Shown piece by piece: positions 16,162 through 24,904 of a stretch of 63,993 bases of DNA. The notes beneath the pieces are model-generated. The model saw only the letters and a program-made list of their open reading frames with translations, was not told the DNA's origin and made no database searches. Position 1 is the stretch's first letter. Every line of letters begins with the position of its first letter. Source of the DNA: an uncultured virus (IMG/VR IMGVR_UViG_3300027770_000036) (lineage: Duplodnaviria > Heunggongvirae > Uroviricota > Caudoviricetes); IMG/VR virus record IMGVR_UViG_3300027770_000036; one strand, written 5' to 3'. Both the position numbers and the translations under genes were made by a program.

Positions 16162-18084
16162 TTATCTTCCGCGGTTAAAAGTAGGCTGAGTATGGTTCTG
16201 AGTGCCATAAGCCTGCTGGTTGTACCCTTGAGACATGTTGCTCTCTACAGGGTTGCCTTCGTCACCTTGTTCTTCTTCGCCACCTCTATTAAACATCTTG
16301 TTTAAGGCATATCCACCTAAGGCTAATCCCCCAGCGCCTAGCATATACTTAGCCCAAGGGTTGGCTCGCATCCAGTTAGCATAAGGCAAAGTATACCCTG
16401 CAGCCATGCGCCTACCTTCACTGTTAGCTGCGTACTCCTTAGCTTTATCAAAGGTGTTAGATACTGAGTTAGAAACGGAGGTGCCAAAGTTATTAAGGTT
16501 TTTACCGATAGCTCCTACCCTATCTTCAAAGCCCTTGGCAAGTTCTCCACGACGCTGTATCTCTTTCAAGCCTCCTAGGCCGTCAGCGTTTGTTATGCTT
16601 GGGGCAACTACCCACTGGCCCACATAGTTCCTAACCATACCTGGAATTGCATTACTAGCCCCTTGCACCGCTGTTCCTATGCCTCCAAAGTTTTTAAATT
16701 GTTTTAAGTAGTCGCCTACCTGCCCCATAGATTTAGATATTTCAGTATAGTTAGGCCTGTTGGAGTCTTCAACTACTCGCTGATAAGCTTCGTCGTCACC
16801 TATAGCTCCTTTAAAAGCGTCCCATGCTCCAGATGTTCCCCCGCTAAAGGCGGAATACGGCATGTTAGGGGGAGCCCCAGGTGCCGTCATGGTTTTGCTT
16901 TGGGGTGTATTCTGGTTAATCCAGGCAGCCCCATTTTCTCCTTGAGGAGTAGGAGTAGGAGTAGGAGTAGGAGTAGGAGTAGGAGTAGGAGTAGGGTTCC
17001 CGTTGCCCGAGTTAATGTAGGCACTAATTCCAGCCCTGGCTACCTGGTCCACATATGGTCTTGCCCCATTTGCCACTTCTCCTACTGCGCCTTTAGTGGC
17101 ATCTACAAGCCCGTTTCCTATACCTTTAAACGTGGTGGAGGCGTCGTTTAAAAATGACTTACCTTGGTCTATTGCGTCTGTGAGTTTTTTTCCTCTTCCT
17201 TCGTAATACTTTACCGGGCTAAATGTGTCTCCCCAAGTTTGCGGGGGTACGCTCATGACCCATTTTTTGCCTAAACCTTCCATTATTTTACCGGCATCAA
17301 ATGGCTGCGTTTTATTTGAGTTGTTAGTCTGCCTGGTATTACCGCCTTCTATCTGTTTAGCTCGCGCCTGCTGGTTATATCTCCAGTCATTTTTATGGGG
17401 GTCAAAGCTTTTATAACTTTGTGGCCCTTCAGACATTTTGTTAAAGGCTCTACCTCCAGTAGGGTTAGTACCGAAGGTCTTATTAGTAGCGTTTATGAGA
17501 GCCTTCCTTGCCAGGTAAGGCTTAGGCTTTTCTCTTACAGAAGTTAGGCTAGATGCGGGGCCTTTCTTAGGCTCCTTGTGTACGGCCTTAGAGATACCTT
17601 CAGAGGAGTCAAAGTTTACAACTCCTTCGTCCTCATCCCCTAATCCTCTTCCTGCGCCGGTAATAACCTCTGCCAGCTTAGAGATCTTGGCAGGCAAAGA
17701 CCATAATCTTGCTACCTTACGCATAGCAGCTTCTTTGCTGTCTTTAACCTTATTGAGCTTTTTGTAGTAGTCCTTATCTTGAGTAAGGTGATCTGTGGCC
17801 AGCTCCGTAGCTATGTCAGGATCGCTGGTATGTATTTTTTCTTCTTCATACATGCCCTTAAGATCGTCCTCAGGAAAGTCTGAAGGCTTATGCTTATCAC
17901 CTATTCCGCCTGGAAGCTTGTTGGTGTACTTTAACGCCTTCTTCTCTTCTTGCTCCTTAACATGCTCAGGGAGTTTCTTCTTGCCAGTAGCTACAGACCA
18001 CTCATCACAATCCCATGAGCCGGCTTGGCCTTTACCCTTGAGAAGGTAGCATAGTTTACGTTGGGCGTCTGATTTGAATGGCAT
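16162..18084 (-). CDS. Modular probable virion protein with a DUF5661-like domain
   Basis: MPFKSDAQRK start; EEEKIHTSDPDIATELATDHLTQDKDYYKKL resembles the DUF5661 pattern; KEAA/SKLA linkers, PT repeat, C-terminal TM segment. Confidence 0.55.
   Translation of the reverse strand: MPFKSDAQRKLCYLLKGKGQAGSWDCDEWSVATGKKKLPEHVKEQEEKKALKYTNKLPGGIGDKHKPSDFPEDDLKGMYEEEKIHTSDPDIATELATDHLTQDKDYYKKLNKVKDSKEAAMRKVARLWSLPAKISKLAEVITGAGRGLGDEDEGVVNFDSSEGISKAVHKEPKKGPASSLTSVREKPKPYLARKALINATNKTFGTNPTGGRAFNKMSEGPQSYKSFDPHKNDWRYNQQARAKQIEGGNTRQTNNSNKTQPFDAGKIMEGLGKKWVMSVPPQTWGDTFSPVKYYEGRGKKLTDAIDQGKSFLNDASTTFKGIGNGLVDATKGAVGEVANGARPYVDQVARAGISAYINSGNGNPTPTPTPTPTPTPTPTPQGENGAAWINQNTPQSKTMTAPGAPPNMPYSAFSGGTSGAWDAFKGAIGDDEAYQRVVEDSNRPNYTEISKSMGQVGDYLKQFKNFGGIGTAVQGASNAIPGMVRNYVGQWVVAPSITNADGLGGLKEIQRRGELAKGFEDRVGAIGKNLNNFGTSVSNSVSNTFDKAKEYAANSEGRRMAAGYTLPYANWMRANPWAKYMLGAGGLALGGYALNKMFNRGGEEEQGDEGNPVESNMSQGYNQQAYGTQNHTQPTFNRGR
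16945..16994. repeat. Hexamer tandem repeat (aggagt, about 8 copies) encoding a Pro-Thr linker
   Basis: Directly visible in the sequence. Confidence 0.95.
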
Positions 18085-18263
18085 CGTTATCTCCTAGTTT
18101 GAACGTATAAGTATTATAGTTTAACAGGAGACTTTAACTAAAGCTATATGTTCGTGCACGGCCTTATGGTACTTAGGGGTAGCCGACTAATATCACTATA
18201 GGTACTATATACACACTTATTTAGGCACAGTAATAATAATCAAAATATTACGGAGATGGTTGC

Positions 18264-18938
18264 ATGGAGTACAACGACTACTTTATTAAGCGGATTAATA
18301 GGTATCAGTATGCTATTAATACGTACCCTGACACTATGAACGACGAGAGAATGGAAGCCGTAATTAGGCTGGACCTATTTGAAGGATGTAAGTCCTTGGA
18401 CCTAGGTAACAGCGGCCTAATGGGCTTTACTAACATAGACTTTGAATTCAAGGAGCTACCTTTCGAAGACAAGTCATTTGACCGAGTTGTGATCATGGCC
18501 GTCCTGCACCATATCTCAGTAGAGAACAGGGAAGTGCTATACAAGGAGTGCATGAGAGTACTTAAGCCAGGCGGCAAGCTAGTAGTATCTGATGTGGTTA
18601 AGGGCTCTAAGCAAGATTACTGGCTTAACACCGTAGTAGACAAGTACAACAGCCTAGGACACAAAGGATGGTTCTTTGATAAGTCAGATGAGGAGCTATT
18701 TAGGAGTGCAGGGTTTGATGTGCGTAGCGAAGTAGCCTCTTACTTCTGGTACTTCAACAACAAGGCTGAGTTAGAGGACTTTATAACTAATCTGTTTGGA
18801 ATAGACTCTGCAGACAACGTGTATGATCTAGTTGATGAATTTCTTGGGATTAGTCCCCACGGACAAGAAGGGTTTAAGTTTGAATGGCAGCTCATCTACT
18901 TTATAGCCACTTGTCCCCTAGTTCCCTCTCAAGATTGA
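18264..18938 (+). CDS. Class I SAM-dependent methyltransferase-like protein
   Basis: LPFEDKSFDRVV..AVLHH, RVLKPGGKL; motif I is degenerate (LDLGNSG). Confidence 0.75.
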   Translation: MEYNDYFIKRINRYQYAINTYPDTMNDERMEAVIRLDLFEGCKSLDLGNSGLMGFTNIDFEFKELPFEDKSFDRVVIMAVLHHISVENREVLYKECMRVLKPGGKLVVSDVVKGSKQDYWLNTVVDKYNSLGHKGWFFDKSDEELFRSAGFDVRSEVASYFWYFNNKAELEDFITNLFGIDSADNVYDLVDEFLGISPHGQEGFKFEWQLIYFIATCPLVPSQD

Positions 18939-19662
18939 TGTTGCCGGGGAATGCAGTGTGTCCCCCTGCGGGGGTAAACGTGTACTCGCTAAAGTATATC
19001 TTGTCTGGGGACAGGTAAAAGTCCATGCGGACAAACTCAAACGGAGCTGATAACTTTGCTGCGTACTCTAGGATCTTATCTAGGTCATGCGGCTTATCAA
19101 TAGTTAGAGGTATCTTATACTTCGCGTTATTTGGGTATTCGCGCCACTCTAGGTCATAGTTATTCTGATAGCCGCCTATTTTAATTCCTATACTAATAGG
19201 CACGCCGTCTATACACCTAACCATGTAGACTAAGGCTCTGCCTGTCTTACCGAGAAGCCTATCTTGAATCTTCTCTTCTATAAAGAATCTAGTCTCTATA
19301 AAGGAGTAATGCTTTTCAATTGAAGCTTTCTTGTACTTCTTATTCCAATACATAAGTCTTTTATTTATTATTCTTAAGTTTGAAACACTTTTAAGATCAT
19401 TGTTCCACTTAGAGCCGTGGGCAGACTTTAGAATATGGTTTGGGTTTATATCGCCTCTTCTGAAGTCATTATGATCAGCAAGAATACGAACTACTCTAGG
19501 AATCTCTATCTCAGGGCACTGTTCTTTAGCTAGCTCCTTTGCAGTGAGCTTATCTGCGTACCTCGCGTGCTCCGCTGTAAGTGTTGCGGCATATAGCTTT
19601 ATCTTCTCGCAAAATAAGAGTGAAGCCCAGTTATCGGGCTTCACCATGCGCTCTATGGTCAC
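18901..19662 (-). CDS. TupA-like ATP-grasp protein
   Basis: ADKLTAKE, ILKSAHGS, FFIEEKI, FEFVRMDFY, IYFSEYTFTPAGG. Confidence 0.8.
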   Translation of the reverse strand: MTIERMVKPDNWASLLFCEKIKLYAATLTAEHARYADKLTAKELAKEQCPEIEIPRVVRILADHNDFRRGDINPNHILKSAHGSKWNNDLKSVSNLRIINKRLMYWNKKYKKASIEKHYSFIETRFFIEEKIQDRLLGKTGRALVYMVRCIDGVPISIGIKIGGYQNNYDLEWREYPNNAKYKIPLTIDKPHDLDKILEYAAKLSAPFEFVRMDFYLSPDKIYFSEYTFTPAGGHTAFPGNINLERELGDKWL

Positions 19663-19663
19663 G

Positions 19664-20428
19664 CTACACTCCTCCTACTGAAGCTATATACTCATGCAGG
19701 GTTTTGTACTTAGGGCGCTTAACTGCTATGCCTTGCTTCTTGCACTCAGCTAGGGCTTTCTTTAGGTAGGTGCCGTCCATGTATTCTTTTGGTTGAAACT
19801 TTACACAGTCGAGGGGAATCTTTCCTGAAGTTAGTATATCCCAGCCTAATATCACCGCATAGTGCTTAGACTTGGTGTAAGTGGACCAATAATATTTTCC
19901 TTTTATTCCCATAATCCATCTGAATTTATCCTTAGCTATTACTACATTCTTGTATTTAGATTTGCCCCAGCCTCCCCTGTTAGTTGAATTCTGCGAAGCG
20001 GTAGCTAATCTTAAATTCTCTATGCTATTATTTAGTTGATCCCTGTCGATGTGGTCTACTCGGTAATCATCTATATGCGCCCCTTTATTGCTTAACATCC
20101 AGACCGCATGAGCCACTGGTATTTTATATTCTACGCCTTTTATGCTAACTGAAATAATGTAAGGGCCTACATTGTTATTACGCCAACCGGCCTCTTTTTC
20201 TCTTTTAAACTTTAGATTAAGTTTAGAGTTGGTCCAGCTAAGCCCAGTTCTTGACGTTCGGTCTACCACAAACTTTTCCTCTAAAACTTTTAAAGCATCA
20301 TCAGGGTACACAACCCTAACCCAAGAACCCTCCACCTTATGCTTGATGTTAAGTTTTCTATGCAGTGATACTTTTTTTCTATATTTTTTGTTATATGCAG
20401 CCCGTGCAACTGTATATTTTCGTGGCAT
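19664..20428 (-). CDS. HNH homing endonuclease
   Basis: AHAVW...VDHIDRDQLNNSIENLRLATASQN followed by SKYKNV. Confidence 0.85.
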   Translation of the reverse strand: MPRKYTVARAAYNKKYRKKVSLHRKLNIKHKVEGSWVRVVYPDDALKVLEEKFVVDRTSRTGLSWTNSKLNLKFKREKEAGWRNNNVGPYIISVSIKGVEYKIPVAHAVWMLSNKGAHIDDYRVDHIDRDQLNNSIENLRLATASQNSTNRGGWGKSKYKNVVIAKDKFRWIMGIKGKYYWSTYTKSKHYAVILGWDILTSGKIPLDCVKFQPKEYMDGTYLKKALAECKKQGIAVKRPKYKTLHEYIASVGGV

Positions 20429-20459
20429 ATCACCCTACTTTCTATAAATGGTCTCGGGT

Positions 20460-21023
20460 TTAAATAATAACATGTGTCCAGTATTCAACTACTTCGTCCA
20501 TAGGGCCTGCAAACTTTTCATCGCTAACAAAGCCTTTATCTGCCATAGTTTGAATAACGTTACATATTTTATTACTAAACTTAGATTTGACAAGGCCCGA
20601 GCTCTGAAGTATTGGGTATCTAATTACAATTAGCCCACCAGGATTGCAGGACTCTATAGCTAGGTTTAAAAAGTCATTAGGATCCATGGCCTTATGTATG
20701 ATAGCTAAAGCTAATACAACATCAAACTTATCCTTATTACTAGTGTAGGCGTAGTTCATAAGGTTAGAGTGTATAAACTTAGCGGCAGGAAACTCCTTGC
20801 ACTCTTCTCTAGCGGCCTCAACATAATGCTCTATCATCTCTATTCCCGTAAGGGACGCAGCGCCTGCCTTAAGGAACTCCTTAGATATAAGCCCCTCTGC
20901 GCAACCTAAGTCTAATACTGATTTACCTTTAGACTTAACCAAAGCTTTTTCAAGCCCTAGCATTTGCTCCTCTAGAGATCTAAATCCACAATCATTCTTT
21001 TCTTTTTTAAACCATTGAGTCAT
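20460..21023 (-). CDS. Class I SAM-dependent methyltransferase
   Basis: VLDLGCAEG, FDVVLALAIIH, PGG. Confidence 0.85.
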   Translation of the reverse strand: MTQWFKKEKNDCGFRSLEEQMLGLEKALVKSKGKSVLDLGCAEGLISKEFLKAGAASLTGIEMIEHYVEAAREECKEFPAAKFIHSNLMNYAYTSNKDKFDVVLALAIIHKAMDPNDFLNLAIESCNPGGLIVIRYPILQSSGLVKSKFSNKICNVIQTMADKGFVSDEKFAGPMDEVVEYWTHVII

Positions 21024-21024
21024 G

Positions 21025-21726
21025 TTATATATCTCTCTTTAAAAGTACTACGTTTAATATCTGCCTGTGCAATATGGCAGCATCTAAGCTAGACTCTAGC
21101 CTAATCTGGGTAACTCCATGCCATCCTTTAGTTACGTTTTTAAATATCATTGACCTGTTGCCTACTACTGGTATCTCTATGCTGGACTCAAAGTCGCTAG
21201 GCTCAGGATTAGATTTTTCTGTCTTATTATTCTTATAGAACACTGTCTTTCCGCCAAACTCATCTTTCCACCCATTAGGCATAAAGTAGAAAAGGTGTGA
21301 GCCCAGCTTTCCAGCACTATCTACATGAGGAGAGGCATCAAGTCCGCTTCGGGCCCTATGCCAGTCCAACCTTATGTCGAAATCTTTAATACTAAGGGTT
21401 TTACTCACCCATTCTCTATACTCTTTTCCGTGAGCGATAGTCTCAACCATGCTCTGCCACACATCAGGCAGATTACTGGGAGATACTAGGTATTGGTGTA
21501 AATTCTTATACTTAGCGAATACTTTTTTATCGGCGTAGCACATAAGCCGCCGCCAATGAGGCCTTTGGTTATGCTTCCTATACTCTGGCTCTTCTGTCTT
21601 AAACAGCCCGTCAGAGGGGAACTCTAGCAAAAGCTTATCGAAAGCCTTAGGTTCTATGAAGTTTGAGTACTCCGCGTGAGGGCTGTATCCCTCATAGGTA
21701 AGCTCATTACTCGGATATATAAGCAT
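21025..21726 (-). CDS. 2OG-Fe(II) oxygenase
   Basis: PHVD, W...GG, GNRS, WHGV and a distal Arg. Confidence 0.8.
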   Translation of the reverse strand: MLIYPSNELTYEGYSPHAEYSNFIEPKAFDKLLLEFPSDGLFKTEEPEYRKHNQRPHWRRLMCYADKKVFAKYKNLHQYLVSPSNLPDVWQSMVETIAHGKEYREWVSKTLSIKDFDIRLDWHRARSGLDASPHVDSAGKLGSHLFYFMPNGWKDEFGGKTVFYKNNKTEKSNPEPSDFESSIEIPVVGNRSMIFKNVTKGWHGVTQIRLESSLDAAILHRQILNVVLLKRDI

Positions 21727-22493
21727 TAAGCTTTCTCCAGTACGTAGTTAGTTAGCTCAGGAGTAAGCTTAGCTGTCATGCTGTCTACTATCTTGAAACC
21801 TACGTTTAATAGGTCGGATAGCTCCTCTTCCTTGGCGGCCTCTACTAGGACTGAGTCTGCGTTTGATAGGGTCTTCAGGCCACCTCTTATGACCAGAGAC
21901 TCAAGCCCGTCTACATCTATCTTCACGTAATTGGGCTTACCTATGTAGCCAGAATTATTTAAGTAGTCCAGGTAGAAAACAACGCACCCCTGCGTTACTC
22001 CCTTTTTACTTGGTGCGTAAACCCTGGCCCCAGGTGGCGTCACGTCTGATAAATTAGCTACGGTATTAGAGGACTCTCCAGGAACAAAGTTGAACAGGCT
22101 TAGAGTGCCTACTCTATTGGCGTCACTAAGCCCTATGTTGTAGGCAATTATATTATCCTGAAAGTTGTTGAGGAATATGTTTGTACAAAGCTCAGCGTAG
22201 TTAAGCGCTTGGGGTTCAAATGCGTATACTTTATGCCCCAGAGACGCTGCGTATAAGCTATACACGCCTATGTTAGCTCCTACGTCTACCATAATGCTAT
22301 TGGGCTTAAAGTTACTTATCCACTCCAGAGTCTTGGGCTCTTTGGTAAAAAAAGTATCAGCCCTTTTCTTTATAATCCTACCATTGTCCCGTAGCTTAAT
22401 ACTTCCATGTGGAAGATCAATGACGTGATAGTCGAAGTGGCAATCCTCTCTAGGCTTACCATTCTTCATGCTGTAAATAACGTGCCTGCCCAT
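21726..22493 (-). CDS. FkbM-family methyltransferase
   Basis: DVGANIGVYSLYAA, VYAFEP, KIDVDGLE. Confidence 0.9.
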   Translation of the reverse strand: MGRHVIYSMKNGKPREDCHFDYHVIDLPHGSIKLRDNGRIIKKRADTFFTKEPKTLEWISNFKPNSIMVDVGANIGVYSLYAASLGHKVYAFEPQALNYAELCTNIFLNNFQDNIIAYNIGLSDANRVGTLSLFNFVPGESSNTVANLSDVTPPGARVYAPSKKGVTQGCVVFYLDYLNNSGYIGKPNYVKIDVDGLESLVIRGGLKTLSNADSVLVEAAKEEELSDLLNVGFKIVDSMTAKLTPELTNYVLEKA

Positions 22494-22503
22494 GTAAAAT
22501 CCT

Positions 22504-23259
22504 TTATTTAATACATTTAATAAGTTCTGAGGCTACCATATCTGGTGTTATAGCCTTCATGGCTGCCTGGCAGTGTGTGCACCTTATTCTGCTGCCACAA
22601 CCTATGCCGGGACCTATTGATAAGTGTCTATGTATATCATAACCGCTTACGTGCTGGGAAGTGAAGCCTCCGTAAATTACTACACCCTTTAGACCTACAG
22701 CAGCTGCCATATGGTGCAGCCCACCTTCATGTCCTACAAAGCTAGTCGCCTTTGTAAGAGCAGAAGCCGCCATTCTTGGAGACGTAGTCTTTATAAACCT
22801 TACACCAGGAAGAACCTTAGTGCCCTCTGGCCCTAGCTGAGCCCAGTTTAGATTTGGAAACATCTTGATCAAAGTAACAAAGTTATCCCAACCCCAGTCT
22901 CTGTTAACACTTTCAGGCTTTTTCTTTAGACCAGGCTCAATGACTACAAAGTCATCACTAAGACTAGATGCAAATTCTAACTCCTCGACAGAGAAGAAGA
23001 ATTCAGCTGGTATTGGCTTGTATTCCCGCCATACCCAGTTATCGGTTTTCTTCTCTTGTATGTAGCTTCTATGCCCAGGCCCGTTAATTACTGAAAACCT
23101 AGCCTTATCGCCTGGCCTTGCTATGTGAGGGTTGTTTTCCCATAGAGGGTGCCATCTACGTTTGCCGGTATGGTCTAATATAGCTACTCTGTGGCCTTTC
23201 TTTATTCTAGAAAGGCGCTGAGCCTCTCCAGCGGCCATTAGCTCGTCACCAAGACCCAT
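22504..23259 (-). CDS. Glycosyltransferase family 9-like (heptosyltransferase fold)
   Basis: GLGDELM, NNPHI, NRDW, FVGHEGGLHHMAAAVG, CMxxI-like tail. Confidence 0.8.
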   Translation of the reverse strand: MGLGDELMAAGEAQRLSRIKKGHRVAILDHTGKRRWHPLWENNPHIARPGDKARFSVINGPGHRSYIQEKKTDNWVWREYKPIPAEFFFSVEELEFASSLSDDFVVIEPGLKKKPESVNRDWGWDNFVTLIKMFPNLNWAQLGPEGTKVLPGVRFIKTTSPRMAASALTKATSFVGHEGGLHHMAAAVGLKGVVIYGGFTSQHVSGYDIHRHLSIGPGIGCGSRIRCTHCQAAMKAITPDMVASELIKCIK

Positions 23260-23302
23260 GTTGTCCTCTCTAACCCTTTAATTGTAGAGACGTCTCTACT
23301 AA

Positions 23303-24820
23303 TTACCCTCTAGGAACATTAGGTATGGTACCTGTCATAGGTCTGGTCTGTGGTTTCCCTACCGTATTGGTACCTGGTGCAGTCTGTGGTTCTCCTACCG
23401 TGCGGTTTCCTGGTGTGGTCTCTGGTTCTCCTGCCATACTGGTGCCTGATGTAGGGTGCGATCTTGGGCGGTGGTTATCTGCGTAGGCGGATAAGGGAGT
23501 CTGCGGGCCTCCTGCTCTAGTAAGGCTTTTAACCTCACTGAGGCCTTTATATTTAGCCGCCTCCATAGCGGCAGTTAATCCCCTTGATGCTAGTGTGGTT
23601 CCCGTGGCTCCCTCGGCCCCAGCAACAAGAGATTTGCCCAGCCCAGTAGGATCTGTATAAGGTAAAGAAGCCTTACCTATACCTGTTAAGTATTTTGCCG
23701 TACCCTCTCCTTTTGGGATAAAGGATTTAGCTAAGGCAGTGGCATCCGAAAAACCACCACCTAAACCGCCGCCGCCAGCGACGCTGGTAAGGCCTCCAGC
23801 GGCATAGCCTGTCCCCATGCTGGCTAGTCCCACCATTGCAGCGTTGTCTGGGGCAATGCTATGGTTGTGTTGGGGTGCTAGGTTAGGGGGCGCGTCTTGG
23901 CCGTATTTAGGTCCACCTCTTCGATACTCCCAGTCAGGAGTCTGGGCTCTATAATCTTGCTTCTCCTTCTCTTGCGCCTCCGAGATCCGGTGTGCCTCGT
24001 ACTCTCGATTCTCTTGGTGCTGCTCAGGCGTCCAGCTGGCTCGCCTCATCGCCTCAATGGAACCTTGCGGTATAGGCGGCGTGGGCTGTTTCATAAAAGG
24101 AGCCGGAGTACCTTTAGGGGGACCCCCAATCAGAGCTCCTAGTGGTCCTCTAGCCGGTGCCGTAGACATCGGGTCACGCGCCCCCATACTAGGCCCGCTA
24201 TTTCCTGGAAAGGTGCCTGCAGCAGGGGGATTATTTATTGGGGCGAACCTAGCAAATCCCTGTGTGGGGTCGAGGGAGACAGGATTTGGTCCATTCAAAT
24301 CTACATGGCGGTCGCCTGCAGAAAAATTAGACGGGGTTGCATATGCAGCCCTCTTGCCCATCATAGCTCCAAAGGCTGCTGCCTTTTTAAGTGACCCAGA
24401 TCTAGATCTCATACCCATCAATGATCTGTTAACAGCTTCCATAGGATTCCCCTCGGGCCCCCAATCATCAATAGGCCCTGGGGACTTAAGCCTTAAGGTC
24501 TCAAGAATGCCTGATCTAGGCTTGAGGGGATATTGTAGGCTGTAGTAATTTGGTAGATTTTCTACGTCATCAAGATCTTTGTCATTGGGCGCAGCAGATA
24601 TACGCTTAATAGCTTCCTCAGGAGTGAACATATCTCGCATGTCCCTGTCTGCGTGAAAAAGCAACTGGGCTTTGCGCCTAGCCGCTTCAGCGGTGAATAA
24701 GCGAGTTAGGTCTATCATCTTTTGCTTATTCAAGCCCCAGGCTGGACCACCATCTGCCCATCTATCATATTCGCCATACTCATCATCGCCGCCGTAAGCT
24801 GCTTTTTCAAATCTGTTCAT
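23303..24820 (-). CDS. MNRxEKAA-family probable virion cargo protein
   Basis: MNRFEKAA start; internal LKKAAAFGAMMGKRAA; low-complexity C-terminus. Confidence 0.65.
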   Translation of the reverse strand: MNRFEKAAYGGDDEYGEYDRWADGGPAWGLNKQKMIDLTRLFTAEAARRKAQLLFHADRDMRDMFTPEEAIKRISAAPNDKDLDDVENLPNYYSLQYPLKPRSGILETLRLKSPGPIDDWGPEGNPMEAVNRSLMGMRSRSGSLKKAAAFGAMMGKRAAYATPSNFSAGDRHVDLNGPNPVSLDPTQGFARFAPINNPPAAGTFPGNSGPSMGARDPMSTAPARGPLGALIGGPPKGTPAPFMKQPTPPIPQGSIEAMRRASWTPEQHQENREYEAHRISEAQEKEKQDYRAQTPDWEYRRGGPKYGQDAPPNLAPQHNHSIAPDNAAMVGLASMGTGYAAGGLTSVAGGGGLGGGFSDATALAKSFIPKGEGTAKYLTGIGKASLPYTDPTGLGKSLVAGAEGATGTTLASRGLTAAMEAAKYKGLSEVKSLTRAGGPQTPLSAYADNHRPRSHPTSGTSMAGEPETTPGNRTVGEPQTAPGTNTVGKPQTRPMTGTIPNVPRG

Positions 24821-24904
24821 TTTAATGTCCTGTAAAAGTAATGATGCTGGAATTTACTGCATATCATGGCAGAAGTCAAACCTATACGAAGCTAAGAGTT
24901 AAAG

